Part shown: one piece after another, positions 23,803 to 38,161 of the stretch
Layout of the letters: each line of letters begins with the position of its first letter
Numbering within the stretch: position 1 is the stretch's first letter
NCBI GenBank assembly: GCA_904063045.1
Contig: CAJFCJ010000018.1
Span: forward strand, 620,001-684,000
DNA length: 64,000 nucleotides
Origin: Dimorphilus gyrociliatus
Taxonomy: Eukaryota > Animalia > Annelida
Direction: 5' to 3'
Position numbers and translations under genes: made by a program
The notes under the pieces: generated by a model
Databases searched by the model: none
Told to the model about the DNA's origin: nothing
What the model saw: the letters and a program-made list of their open reading frames with translations, nothing else

Positions 23803-26302
23803 TTGGGCCGGACAGCCAGAATTTTAATTGTACGGACGTCCAGTGCATTCAACTTTTTCCATTCTGAAAAAAAAAATTTCATTTTACAAATCGATTAATT
23901 GTAAATGCTCATCAAAGCTCGAGCCAATGATATAGAAAGCAGTATCTTAGTTAGTACTCCTTAGATCATCACATGAAGCGGTTTTTTAAATTTTTCATGT
24001 TCTTCAATCATGATCTTAAAACCAATATTTATCATGGTCAAAGTCTCCAGACGCGAATAGCGTCACTTACTCCATTCAAACAAACCTAATATGAAAACGG
24101 AACTATTTTGTTCGGTAATCAAAATAACGCGTTTTTTGCAGCAATCAAATCGTTTTTTTAAATTACAGTTACATTTTTTAATTAAAAAAGAGTATTACAT
24201 ATAATTTTTGTCTAAAATCTTAGTAGAAGTGTGTTAATTTCACATGTCACGTGACTTACCACGTCTCACGGATATACTGACACACTTTACAGACGGAGAT
24301 TGAAAACGTCAAAATTTTCCTCTTCAACGGCCACGGATCAATCTGATATTTGCGCACAGTTTACGTCTAGTAATTATGTATCATCCACCACAAACAGACT
24401 GTAATCCATGTACAACTAGTAGGCCAAATTAAATCATACTGAACTTCAAAATGGCGTCGGTGAAAAACACGAAGCTCGGCTAAGAGTAAAAAAATGTCGA
24501 TACTTGTGATTGGCTGTTGTGAATAAAAGCTTTGCGAGGATTGGTTGATTGCGAAATATGGCTGTTGAGCTTTTGTTTCTCCCTCCCTTGCAAAAATACA
24601 TTTCATAATTGTAACTTTTAAGAACCTAATTGTTCATAATCAGCTATGCTAATATAAATTATAATTTTCGATTACTACTTTATAGAAAATTGTAGATGAT
24701 AAGCCATTGTTTAGTATCATACTACACTTAAACTTTTGAGCGTTGATAAATTTAAAATAGGGAAGGTAAATTCCAAGTAGATGTGACGTCATAATCTAAA
24801 TTTGGATTATTACTAAGCCTAGATTTTTGTGTGTACTACTGACAAAATATTTGAACATAGGGTCATAATATATGTTTTGAATAAGTAATATCATATCATG
24901 TCTATAGTAATATTGTTTCGGGGATCAAAGTTTTCTTTATTTATCCCACTATAATATGCTTAAAAATACAGTGTTTCATGGCCCGTATATGACACACCCA
25001 TTTATGTAAAATTTATTAGAGTTCGAATAGAATATGAAATAATTGTTGGTAGTGCAAAATTTATTCAAAAAAAGTTTTATTTAGTCTCGTAAAAAGAAAA
25101 TTTGATTATTTAAGTAAAATCTCATTTCTGTATACTCTGCCTATACAAAGCTTCCTCGACAAACTAATCGTATAATAATTTTTCAATTAATACAAAAATT
25201 TTATGGCTTAATCTTATGCAATATATAACTATTTAGATGAAAAAAACACCATAAAAGAGCCTTAATTTTTCACTTTATTTTATTACAAGAATTAGTATTA
25301 TTAATGGCTATATTTTTTTGCTACTGCACAAAGTTAATTAAGTAATCAAGCTTCAATTTTATATTTGCATTAGAAATTGGTTTGAGCCTCTATTGTAAAA
25401 ATTTGCTACTTTGGCAGAATATATATTTTTCGTCGCTGTTGAAAAGTACAAAAGCACTTAAAACTTTTCTTTCATTTAGATACTTATATTTCTTTAAATT
25501 TAGGGGCTTTCATAATTTAAAGAGTAATCAAGACTGTAAGAAAGCAAACTTTGAAGTTTCCCACATTTAATACATAAAAATCTAGATTAATATTTAAAAA
25601 ATATACTACTTCTTTAATCATTTTAATTAATTAACTAGAGAAAATAGGAATCGAATCGTATTTGTGTTTATGTTATTTCAACCTCCAAGCTTCAATAAAT
25701 GATTTAGAAAATATTCATCAGCATTGTTGTGCTGTTCAATTATTTATGTGTCGAATAAAGCGAGCGTACAAATGTGTGAAAATGCTGTCGAAGGACGTAT
25801 AAGAAATTACCCATATTTAGACTCGTAACGTTTTAATCTACATATATCAACTTTAAGCAGGCCAGATGTATTGCATGTATACTTATTTATTATTATAAGC
25901 TTAATCTTGAATATTTTAAGTAAAATATTAAGCGATGTTCTTAAATGAACCATCAATATTATCAAAAAAGTAATGTTTGTATTATATTTCTAATAGTATT
26001 ATAAACTACCAATAACGATCTTCCAAGACAAGCAACACGCAATTTACAGAAGCTGTCTGCAAGTTTATGTCAGTTTCGACTCGATGAATTTCATTACTAA
26101 GGAATGACTTTCTTAATGGATGCCAATCAATACAATTATATATTTACAATATTTATGGTGCATTTGAAAACTTTAAAAAGACTGCAATCATCATATTTGT
26201 TAGCTTTTTATATTGCTTTATTATTTCTTAACGAAAATTAAATAAAGATAAGCATGAAGAAGTCGTCTAGTTGATCTCTGCATTTCCATATGCTAACAGG
26301 AT

Positions 26303-27134
26303 TCACAATTCCCTTTTATCTTTTTGACTTTTATAAACGGCGTCAAGAATATCTAAAGAGTAGTATAATAAAAAGGCGGAAATGACTAGTAGAACGACCC
26401 CATTGAATATTCTGCTAATCCTATAAAGTCTGAAAATAATTAGCAGAAATCTTAGTTTAAATAGTTATTCTACTATTCTCTTTATTGCTTTACTTTTCTT
26501 TCGTGTCGGCTGATCTTTCGAGTAGTTGTGCGATTTTATTGTTAATCTCCTGCTCGATACCAATCTCACCAATTTTCCCCTTTCTATAACTTATCTGGAA
26601 ATGAGACAGCCAGAGTAAGTTATCTCCAACTGGTGGTTTAGTTCCAACGAGTAAGAATGCATTAGGCGTTATACTATTTGCAAGTGTCACACGAGACATA
26701 TAATCACATAGATAATCTTTTTGATAAAAATTACGAAACGTTTTCCTATCATTAGTAACGTTACTCCTGTTTTTATATGGGTATATCTTCCGAAGTTACA
26801 ACTTTATAACCGTTCGTTATGATATCTGTATGACTTGTATTTTGGAGACATTAGGTTTATTACTTACCCTTTTTCCTTTTAATTTTTGTGCTTGTTGTTT
26901 ATCTTCCGCCAGATGGCTCTTGTATTTTTCAGCTGTTCGAACAAAAACTCTACAGATCTTTGAGAAAAAAATACACAAAAAACAAACAGCATCAAACTCA
27001 CTTTCCTCGGGAAAAATGCTCCTAATTTCTTCCAAGATATTTTCGTGTTCTCTCAGTCTATCTCTCATATTCCGAATCCTATTTCCTGTGTTGAATAACG
27101 TCTCCTTTGGTAAATCCTCGAGGGATCTCATCAT
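26303..27134 (-). CDS. Uncharacterised ~138-aa coiled-coil protein with a C-terminal transmembrane helix (4 exons)
   Basis: Exons 27134-27002, 26932-26868, 26594-26494, 26420-26303 join in frame with GT-AG introns of 69, 273 and 73 nt. Hydrophobic segment IFNGVVLLVISAFLLYYSL; AATAAA about 80 nt after the stop. An acceptor just upstream of the ATG implies a further 5' exon, so the N-terminus may be incomplete. Confidence 0.6.
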
Positions 27135-30100
27135 TGCTAGCCTTTATATAAGCTTAAGAAAACGTTACGAAAAAATTTTCTTTTGCGTTTTATTTTTGTA
27201 AGCCTATTTTCTTATGATGGACTGATAGGCCTAAAGAAGCAGGTTGGTTGTTTCTAAAGCCAATCGATATTAAGGTTTTATTGTATGAAGATGAGGATTC
27301 TGCGCAATTGTATACAAGTCATAGTTCCACTTGCATAGCATAATATTTAACTGATTTATCACCACATTGCGCACTAACGTAGCATGGAATATAATACAGA
27401 ATAAGAAACGGCATATACAGAATATATATAGTCTATATAGTCTATGTATATATTACTTATGCTCTTGTTTATATTCATTGGGCATATATGAAGCGATAGC
27501 ATCAAGGTTTATTAATGTATATGTTTGTGTCGAAGGGGCATATTATGCCTTAAAGGTAAATTTATACTTAGATGTAGTTAAACGTGTTCATGTATTTATA
27601 AATAACTGGGCGATAAGCCAAGGCCGACCAAAAGAACAAATATACACTAGGTGGCTGTATTCAACTAACGTCATTCGGCAGCGGGCTTTGATCGAGACGG
27701 ATTCGAACGCCAATTTTTCCCTCTCGAGATAAAAGGTCAATAGATTCTTTTTTTCACAGATATTTTCCCGCCTTAAGGCATAAACTATAAAATAAATACA
27801 AATTCTGTTGGCTGCCCATTTCGTGCTGGAATATTTTCTCTTTATTTCGCCTTGACAGTGAGTATTGATTACGTAATCCTATAAAAAATATAAACTCTTT
27901 TTATATGCGTCAGTCAATTATTATTTACGAAAAAAATGAATAATTCATTCATCCGTCCAGCATAATTTCGAAAAGCGATGCCGAGAAGAAAAGACATATT
28001 GGATTAAACACATTCGGACGCTGGCCAGTAAGTATTTTTGTTTATAAACTAGATAGTTGCCCTTGTATAAACTGGGTTTTTGTATTCCATACACGTTTTA
28101 TAAAGTACATTTACATTAGGTGATTTATCGTTTACTGTGTGAGAACAGTTTCATAAAAAATATACATGCATTGGTCTAGTTTATTGTGATCAGGTGATTT
28201 GTTAAAAAAAAACTTCATTGACAGTTTCAAAGAAAATGGTTTGATAGGATCTCACTCTGGACAGTCAAGGTTTTAATAACTCCTAATATACAATATTTTT
28301 ATACCAAATAGCATTTAGTATCTAAACAAACATATTATTTGAGAATCTCGTATTCACTGCACGTACTACACACCATGAACGATGGCTTTTAAAGCATATA
28401 AAAAATATACAACATATAATACTAGGTCCTCTAAAAATTTCAACAAAATTTTTTTTAAAATAGGTCAACGTCCGTCTATCAGGCGCCCGCGTAATACATA
28501 CACATGCGAGATCGATCGATAACTAAAAAGAGAAATACGCTTGCATAAGGCTTAGGTCAAATATTGGATAAAAATTGAGCGACGGGCAGGACGTTTATTG
28601 TAATGAATTTTACGTGCACTTTGGTAACGCTCAGTGCGTCTTTTATTGATGTTTACTTATAGTTTTTTTCCCGGTCGGTCGGTACATTCGAATCAATTGA
28701 CGACAGAATACGTTTGAATGATGGGATAAATCGAAGGTGAAGCTTTTATTTGCTTCAGTTAAGCAATAAAACAAGTTATAGAATTTCCCTTTTTTCCTCT
28801 AAGTATTTGATTATGGGCGGTTACTTTTGTGAAATCGTGAATTATAGGTGTAGATTTTAGGGAGAACATCAATCCAAAGGCTGTCATCACTTCCTACAAA
28901 CTGCTTAGATTCTCCAGGGAGATTCTGTCCTTATTATCTCTTATTCATTTTTTTATTTTCGTGCTCAATAGCTCTTAGAATTGATTGTACGCACGCTTAA
29001 TCGAATATAGATACCAAAAGTTGTCCAGAAGTAGAAAATGTGGAACAAATATACTCCTAACTTTTCTGCCTTAAACGAAATTATAGACAATCTTGTTTTC
29101 GCTTCTTCAGCATTCTATATATTCGTTCTATACGCTGTATGTTATACTGCTTTATAGAACATAGCATTCTTACTTTCCACAATTGTTTTTTTGTTTGGTT
29201 TGTACCTCAAATAGATGGGCTAATAATATCATAATAACTATTCTTGACATTTAGCACGCGTGCATTCAAGCACGACATTCGTCTTTTAATTAAATCTCTG
29301 CACGTGCCCCCTCACGTCTAATTAGCATACTGAAAATTAATGCAGGGAGATTAGAGGCAGACTTAGCGTTTACTGTCGCTAATGGTGCAAGAGTCCATTT
29401 GTGAGCATAGTGTAAACAATTTTATAGCATTTTATTGAAAAAAAAAACTATTCTCTTTGATGTTATCAACGTTTGGTTTTATTCTGCTGATTAGACCTTA
29501 TTTGTTACTATTTCTTCAATCGTTCAGGATATATACATCTTCTTTATTTTGTAATTGATATCTTTGCAAACCAAAACTCTATGGCAGCAAATCGAACACC
29601 TTTGTAAACAATTCGTTTCAACATATTTTAATAAAAACAACGCAAAAAAATAGTTGACTCGTTGAAATGACGTATGAGCGCTATCTTAATTTGTAAGATG
29701 TTTTGCTTATCCTTAATATATGCCCTTCAGGTTTCCCCTGTATTGCCTATAGGCCTTAGTGGAAACCTGCTCTTAGGTTTTAACCCCCTTTCCTCTTCAA
29801 TAAGATATTTGATTAAATTCGGAGTATGCTTGAAATGATATTGCGACTTCTTGAACTACGCTCGGCTGTGTTAAATGATTAAAATATTAGGTTTCTTGAG
29901 TAAATTCGATGTTCCTATATGAAAATACAATTAAGTCTGCAGCACCCGATCTATCATTGAGAAAAGAGGAAGCGAGAGATGTAAGATTGATCGCCTATTG
30001 CATACTATTATAGCTATAGTTGTTTACCAATAATTAACCATAGTTTGTATGGTTGTCCAATTGATCGGTTATGAAGAATCTAGGTCAAGCGATGTTTTCC

Positions 30101-30962
30101 TTCAAAACGCCACCTACTGTCAGAAACAATAAACATTGCGCGCAAACTGGAAGCACGTTTTTTTTGTGTGCTGCACGAGTTGTAAAAAAGAAAACTATAA
30201 TTGTACGATACTAGGCTCATAGAAATTTCAGATAAGATAAAAACGTAAATCGATGTTTTGTTGAAAAACTATGAATAGTAATTATTCCATATTGATAAGG
30301 ATTACAGAATGTTAGCTAACGGTAAGAATATATTTTTGGTTAAAATTCGAAAATTACAGGTATTGTATATAAATAACAATATGAGAACCTGCAAGAAACG
30401 TTTGGTTGTGGAATAAACAGCTTTAGCGAACTTACCATGCATTATTAAATGGGATTTACCTGTTCTTGGTCTAGATTAGATAAATTATATCTTGAGCCTA
30501 CTGCAAAAATACAAATACTAGATGTTTTTCTAGTGTTCTTTTAATATTTTTGGATAATATCATAAATTATCATTTCCATGTAACGCCTGCTCGTTTATTT
30601 ATCTATCACTTTAATAAAATTTATTACATTCTGTTTATTTTGTTATCTGTGAGAATCTATTGCAGACAAAATAATTAAGCGTCACCCTAACGTCTAACTT
30701 ATCACATAAAGCACCTATGACAAGTAGCAGATGTTGTATTCAACTACTAGTTTTACTTAACATATTTTACTTTCTAGTTAATTGTCATTGCAAAGTCTAT
30801 TTTGTTGAAATTGAAACTCTATACAACAATTTTTGTCGTGTTTATCTAAAAACCGCAACTGATCTACTTCTGTAGCTATTAAGAAAAACTATTAGACTTC
30901 TTTTTTTTTAGCTGACGGAATCGGCTTAACTTTCAGTTTTTCTTTCTTTTTCAGGGAACGGA

Positions 30963-33900
30963 ATGGCATTAAACGGTCAAACTGAATTCGAAATTAAGAA
31001 CGAGATAGACAATGGAAGTGAAAAGCTTTACCTGAAACATAGCCGCTTTAGTGTTCCAAGGAGTTCGCTTGCGAGACAACATTCAACCGGAAACGTAAAA
31101 GACGCCTATTCAAATGGCTTTTACTGTACATCCTGTGCTCAGAATATTTCGAAACCGGTAAATGAGGGGGATAAGATTAACATCGACGTTGAAGAAAAAA
31201 ATAGAGTGATAGCAGCTGATAATGCTCCCCAATTTCATAGCCGACGAAATCAGAGGATTCTACCAGTAGCTCAGTAAGTTCTTTTGCAACTTTCACTGGT
31301 ATCAATCAAAGTTACACATTTTCTTTCTTTGAAAAGAAAAATACGCCCAGTCGTTCAAGAATATGTAATAGGTAATTTAATTGAGCTATTGTTGGGGACA
31401 ACACACAGAGTTGTTGCGTTAAATCTCTTGAATTATTCCCCGTCTGTTCAATATTTTATAGCGAGTCAATTTTTTAAAAGCTCTTTTTTTTAAATCGAAT
31501 TCCTAGGCATAAAATAGTTATAACATTGTTTCGGTAATAAATTCCTGTATTCTTTTTATTTCTTTATATTAGAATTTTTAGTAAACAAACTCCTATCTAC
31601 TCTGTACGCATACTAGCAGATGATAAACATGAACTCAACATTCCACGTGACTTCCGTCTGGTGGAACACGAGAAAAACGTCACGTGATTAAACATTATCG
31701 TCGCTTAGAGCACTCAGAAAGTATTACACTAATATCTTAGCTCCTTTAAGGCGACTATATAATTTATCGCTTTAAGTGGATTTATTCTGCTGTGAGGCCT
31801 TATAATCCTTTAACGGAGTTCGTAATTTCGAGACCTCTACTAATCAACTTTATTGTCAATAATCTACAATTAATATTTCCTAAAACTGTCATAATAGGTT
31901 ATCATTGCTTGCTATTACTTTTTATTATACCAAAAAGATCGACTCTTAAAAACAGCACAATTGGCGGATACCCAAAAGTGCATTGAATACTTAACAGCAG
32001 ATGGCACCACTCACATGGATATATCTGCTTAACTTAATTTATGGATAGACTACAAGAGTTTCCTGTCTGCTCTACAAACTTTTTTCTACGCGGGCGGGCT
32101 TATAGAAAAAACATGGTCGATGATTCACAGTTCAAATGAAAAGAATGCCAATCAAATTTATTTAGCCCAGATTTTAACGATATATCATAGATTTTCACTT
32201 CTTACGTGCCTAATTACAACGAGGCTATTAACTTTTCAAAGATTGTATAAAAAATTTGTACAGAACACATTAAATGTCATTTGAATCGATTCATTTTCTT
32301 TAGTAAACAAATTAAAAAGTTTTCTAATGTATGTCATAAAATATTTTGTATAGTGTATGATAGCTTTAAATTGAATTTTTTTTGTATAGGTATTGTGGTA
32401 GAGAATCAGCTGATGCCTTTAGTGCCGATAATGCCATCTATCGTCAAAAGTGGCCAAAAGATGTTTCTATCAATGTTAAATCCAATAAGATTCATGCTCA
32501 TCGTGGAGATTTACGAGAAGACAGCAAAACAGGTCAACTTTATCAACCAGTAGATGTACAGATAACAACAACCAACTTTAGAAAAGCTCAAAAAAGTGAT
32601 CCTTGTGACTTAGACGAAGCTTTGAAAATTTTAAAGGAAGCCAGTGAGTTGTCAGTGGAAAAAAATTCTTTTGGAATCCCGAGATCTAAGAGCTATTCAA
32701 GTTCATTTAGAGATCAAACAAGAGTATTCACTGAGCATGCTAGAAATAAGAACAACAATAACTCCTCTTCTCGAAATTCCACAAATCATTTGAACGCGTC
32801 CAATGTAAATGGAAATTACTCGAATTCTTATCGAGAGAGGGCCTACTCCGTTGAAACAAATCCAAAACTACTTAAATCTGAAGGGCCCAAGCCTTCAAAA
32901 AGTGTGCATTTTGATGTTTGTGAGAGCTCTAATAGTGAGTTCAGTCGAGGTTTGCAAGTGTCTGAACCAAGGCTGTCAAATTCTGATACTAATGTTAATG
33001 GTAATTATCATTTTCCAAGAGGAAATCATACTGCCTTCAAAGAACGATATCAGAGCTTACCTCGAGATGTGTCTCAACTAGATAATCGCCTTAGCCAACC
33101 CCCTGTCCATATTCGAGTCTCTTTTCAGAAATTGAATGATTGCGATGAAGATTACAACGGCTACATTTCCCCTTTGGATGTTGCCGTTAAAGATAAAGTA
33201 ACATACGAATATGATATGAAGAATCTAGATGATATTTTAGAACAAGCAGAATCCATACTAAATGATTTAGAAGACGATAAAGACTACGGTAGAGATAGTG
33301 AGATGATGGATAAACCAATTGAAAGAAGGGGCTTCACCTACAGAACATACGTCGGACCTATCAATAGTACACCAGTAATGAACGTACGAGCAGATGTACA
33401 TAAAGAGCCTAGTCCTGAAATAATATGTGATGAAGTTCTTGAGAATGTAAAGGATGATAAAACTTTCGATGTAATAGAAGCAGGTTTCGATAGAAAGATG
33501 TACCTTTTAGAAAAGAGACATGGATCAAAACCTAGTGACACTTTTACAAGAGAAAAAAAAGATAAACAAGAAGAGAAATTGTTGAATCAAGCCTTTGAAA
33601 AATTAACAGAAGAGATTGAAGGCTTATCATCTCTAAGTGATATTAGCTCGAATTCTCAAGACAGTCAATTGCTATCAGGAGAGGCTGTTGAAGAGTTCTT
33701 TAAAAACACTCCTGAAAAGGATAGCGATAGAAAGCAAAAACTACGAGAGAAAGTATTGAAGAAAGGAGAAAATTATAAATTAAACCAGACAGCAGATTCT
33801 CTAGTCACGGAACCACTAAGGTGAGTTACACTTGACCTGACAAAACCTACCTACTGTATTTTATCAAAGCAATATTTTTATACTGTTAAATTTAAGCAGG

Positions 33901-34491
33901 AAAAACGATGAATCTCTAGACAAAGCAGAAAAGGTTGTGTTACTGGAGGAAAAACTAGTTGAGTGCATTCGTGGACAGCCAATTTATTCTCATCACACCG
34001 TATCACAACCCTACTTGAAAGCCCTACTGCAACAAGAAATTGAAGAAAAACCATTAGCTAATCAGAAAATACATGTTCAATGCAAAGCTTCTAAGATTCA
34101 GCCAGTTTCCGAAAGTAGCGATCTGTATGAGCAAACAACAATTCAGTCAAAAGCAGATATGATAAAAACCGATATTGACACTCTTCTTGGGAAAGTTATG
34201 CAGAAGCAGGGTGTAAACTCGAATAACCCAGCATTAAAAGCTCTAAGATATTCTTCGACACCTAAAACAATAAGTAAACAGAATATTTCGCAAGATGGAA
34301 CTGTAGTCAAGGAAGAAGTAACAAGTCATGAAATAGTTCTAGAATTTAAATTTCCTAAGTCGAAAGGTCGTAAGACTGATATAAAAGGTGCACCTTTTCG
34401 AGAACTAAGTTTGAGAAGAGTAACTAAAATTAGTGATGCGTCCGATGCGGATAAAGCCCAACTTGAAGACGGGAAGGAAACTGAATTGTGA
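30963..34491 (+). CDS. Uncharacterised ~777-aa low-complexity, probably disordered protein (3 exons)
   Basis: Exons 30963-31273, 32390-33820, 33900-34491 with phase-2 GT-AG junctions; 2334 nt in frame. No domain recognised. An acceptor at 30954 implies upstream exon(s). Confidence 0.75.
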
Positions 34492-35248
34492 ATGGAAAAT
34501 TTAAATGAAATAGATGTCACTAGTCGGCTTTAAATTTTTCTATCTTTACCAATACCCTTTCATCAAGATATCGAGTTGATAAGATTGGATAGGAAACTTT
34601 TAAGCTGATTGGTTTAGTCTATTAGAGTTTACGTCGCGATTTCTTTGGTTTCCGTTGAAAGTACTTATTTTGAATTGCCATGAAGACATTGACTATTTAG
34701 CTTTTGAATTGCATTTAAACCGTTTAAGAAAACGTTATTTGGTTTTTAAAACAAGAAAAACTAGAAGAAAAAATTGTCGCTTAATTTAATTAAATAAAAC
34801 TTGTAAAACCAACTTGACCTAGTAAATACTTTTCATATTAAAAGCAATAGTTTTCTTAAAAAGATAAAAAAAATGTTTGGAATAACGATAGGTATTATGA
34901 TGTTAAACAAAAGTAACGAATTGGATAAAGATACTGTCCGCATTAAATACAGTGTGTGGGTTTAGATTACAAAGAGCAAAACGAAAAATTCAATAAAAAT
35001 TTACATAACAATGTATTAATAATTTAGACAGAGCATGAACGTCGCTTGAAACAATAGGACTTAACATTTACATTGTGTAAAACCTCATTTTGCTTTCTAT
35101 TGATCTCTCCGCCAGCAATAGAATTCCATTGTAATTCTTTTTCTGCTGTTGAACATTAGAGAGTTCTCCTATTTCGGAATTTCGTTGACTTAACTATATT
35201 GGCATGTAATTGATTTGGGAATTAGGACATTTACTTTGGATAAAAAAC

Positions 35249-35302
35249 ATGTCATACTGGGGCGAAACTTACGACGTTAGCGTCGATAAGTCGTGGAAAA
35301 AG
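35249..35302 (+). other. Candidate alternative first coding exon of the DPP gene (MSYWGETYDVSVDKSWKK)
   Basis: ATG-initiated, stop-free, ends in phase 0 at AAG|GTTTGC; compatible with the common exon at 43355. Confidence 0.35.
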
Positions 35303-36102
35303 GTTTGCTTATCTCATTTTCGATCGTATACATTATCATATCTTTTTTATAGAAATGTTTTATAAGCATCAAACAGAATTACTGAATACTGTATTTATAG
35401 TAGTGATAAATTAGGTAAAAATATTTAGTAGAATGATAAACATCAAATAATAATATTTATGAATGTAATAGGAGTAGATAAAATTCTAAATAGAAACTGT
35501 TAATTAAGATTTTCTTCTGAATCTAATTCAACAGTAGAAAATAGTTGTTTTTTTTTCATACTAACCTCCCCTCCGCCAACATAGTTTTGAAAGGAGGAGG
35601 GAAATTTGATTGATGAGCTAATGAAAAGTAAATCTAAATACGATAGCATTTTTATCATTATTTAACCATGTCTTTATACGGACACTGATTAAATAGAAGC
35701 TCCTTAATAATGCTGTAAATGCAATTCTTTATCACTCCTCTGTCTACGTGCAATTGTCTTTGGCTTTTATAACTGAAAAAAAATGCTTTTAAGAGTTTAT
35801 GTATGATAAGAGCCATCTCAAATATAATAACCTTAAATATATAATGTATTTATATAAGAACCTATAATCGAGAGCGTGACCCATCTGCTCCGAACGTTTA
35901 ACAGTCTGCGTAATTGTGTGTAAAAGAATGCAAAAGTAAACAATTTTTCCAAAAGCCAGAACTCACCCAATCTCCAGTAGAGTTCACTTTTATCAGTTAC
36001 TCTTACACCAGCTCACACGGCGCCGCTCTTTTCTGTTAAGTCAACATTTGTCGGTCTGAAGAAGGGGAAAAATTATTATTTATTCCATTCTTCACTTAAG
36101 AA

Positions 36103-36311
36103 ATGAATGCGCACTTATCTATGGATAAATGGCGACCAACTAAAGATGAAGTCGTGCAAGTGGTCGCATATAGACAAGGCAAATTGACTAGGCTTTCAAA
36201 GAAAGACTTAAATGCGGATGATCAGGTTTTTTTCAAAAATTATCTTTCTCTTATCTTTTTGTGAAACACATTTAATGACAGGTTGATGCTAATAGGAGAG
36301 ATAGTGACAAT
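36103..36311 (+). other. Candidate two-exon alternative N-terminus of the DPP gene (41 aa + 10 aa)
   Basis: 36103-36225 (MNAHLSMDKW...ADDQ) and 36282-36311 (VDANRRDSDN) separated by a 56-nt GT-AG intron; ends in phase 0 at a GTAAGT donor. Confidence 0.6.
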
Positions 36312-38110
36312 GTAAGTGTTAAAATTAATAATTTTCACGACTTTTTAGATCAATGAACTAGGAACAGCGTCCTAAATAAGTTATCTAACTTTATAAATTT
36401 CCTAGGAGTTTGTAGTAATAGGCCTTTTCATTTTTTTTATATAAAAACTAGAAAGTAACTCTCTCTAAAATGAATGTTAACAAGCATTATAGAAACATTC
36501 AAAACCTTGGTTTTTACTTCATTGAAAAAAAAGAGTGTTCCCAATGTACATTAGAGATTAAGGCTGTTAAGGCTGCTTTAATAGACTATGGTTTGATCAA
36601 TGCCCCTCGTTCCATCCCCGAATTTCTGCTATTCACCGATTTGTCCTCAACGGTCGTTTGCTATGTTACTTTTTAGGTCTGACAAAAATAATGAACGCTT
36701 CCCTTTCTAACCGTTCCTTTCCCTGGTCGCATTTTTTTTATTCATTTTTCAACAGTAGTTGAATTGGATATAATAACTTTTTAGTGATTTAGAAAAGTCA
36801 AAATCAATAGCATTTACTTAATAGTCAAGTCCATATTTCATAGAAATCTACAATATAATTTTGTATATTTGGAAGAAACGAATATAATTAACTTATTGGT
36901 TTTTTATTTGGTCGATAGATGGCGTAATTGACATAAGAGCTTGCTCGAATTTTTAGTTTTTTAAAGTCCTGTTGTTTAGTCTTTGTAAGCAGTATATCGA
37001 AAGGAATAAATTTTTAACGTCATATTTTAATAACACTTATTTTGCGATTATATTATCTGTTGGGGGAGATTTTTCAGTAACAAAGTCGTAAATCCAATGA
37101 CTTTCAGGCTATTTAGTTTACGACTATTCTACAGTAGAGTAATGCATATCTGTGAACTGGTGGGGAGGCCTTAAGGGGAATGTAAATTCTCCAGAATTAG
37201 CCTGCTCTATGTATACTTAGCTAATGCATGCAAATATACATATATATATATATTAGTATACATACTGCATCTAACTGTATTTTAGAATAGTTGATAAAAG
37301 ATTTAGTGAAGAAGTAATAGAGTGAGAAAAAGAGAGCTAAGAGAGAAAATAATTTGGTGTTAAAGTGAAAGTGGCATTAACTAAGAGAAAAGAATCTTAA
37401 AGCTAAGAAACAGATATATAAGTGTAATTAAGCGGATAGTAAGTGGAGTTTAGGACCACAATATTTTAGTAACAAACGTAAAGGAACTCAACAGTTGAGA
37501 GGATTAGGAGAAAACGATATGAATTGTAAAATCTATTTACCACATGCCAATTGTCTCAAATAATTTATCATTAAGCAAAGTTGTAGTAAAATTACGTGTT
37601 GAAATATATAAGAGTGAAAGAGTTTATTTGTCATTGAATTATTTAGTATAAAATTTAATGATTTTCGGTAATTTCTACTCCAATATCGAATTTCTTTAAG
37701 CCTAAGCTAAGAGACAAATGAGTAGAATATGAGAATTTTCCAAGGTTTTCAGCTGCAGAAAGAAATAGACTAGATAGGATAGTTTAGTTTGGATTGAAAA
37801 GTCGCAAATGTCAATTTATTCACCATTTATATATGTTTTAATAAAATACATCTATCAAAATCGCATACAAAATTATTTATTTTACGGTTACGTAGGGAAG
37901 CGCCGCTTAGTGATTCTTACAGTCAATAGTTTGCCGATTGACAACAACTAGAAAACACTCCGCATGCGCATTGCTGTTTTCAGAGAGGCTATATTTACAT
38001 TAATGATGTGTACAATGGATTTATTCAGTATTCATGCGCGTTCTGCTGCTGCTGTTAAATTTTATTTTTGAAAACGTTACTGTTATTAAACTAAGGATAA
38101 GGGAAAAGCA

Positions 38111-38161
38111 ATGTACAGAAGCGCTGACGCTGGAACAACGAGCATTAGAACTTCGGGTAAA
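38111..38161 (+). other. Candidate alternative first coding exon of the DPP gene (MYRSADAGTTSIRTSGK)
   Basis: ATG-initiated, phase 0, donor AAA|GTAGGT. Confidence 0.45.

Noticed and set aside
26817-27134. Unspliced 105-aa ORF and the neighbouring 26490-26699 ORF as independent genes
   Set aside because: Better explained as exons plus read-through intron sequence of one 4-exon gene.
27695-27712. GTTCGAATCC (tRNA T-loop/B-box) on the - strand
   Set aside because: The flanks do not form a T-arm or acceptor stem and there is no A-box, so it is not a tRNA.
29728-29769. Hairpin CAGGTTTCC...GGAAACCTG with an internal GCCTATAGGC palindrome
   Set aside because: Only 42 nt with non-pairing flanks, too short for a pre-miRNA, and no family recognised.
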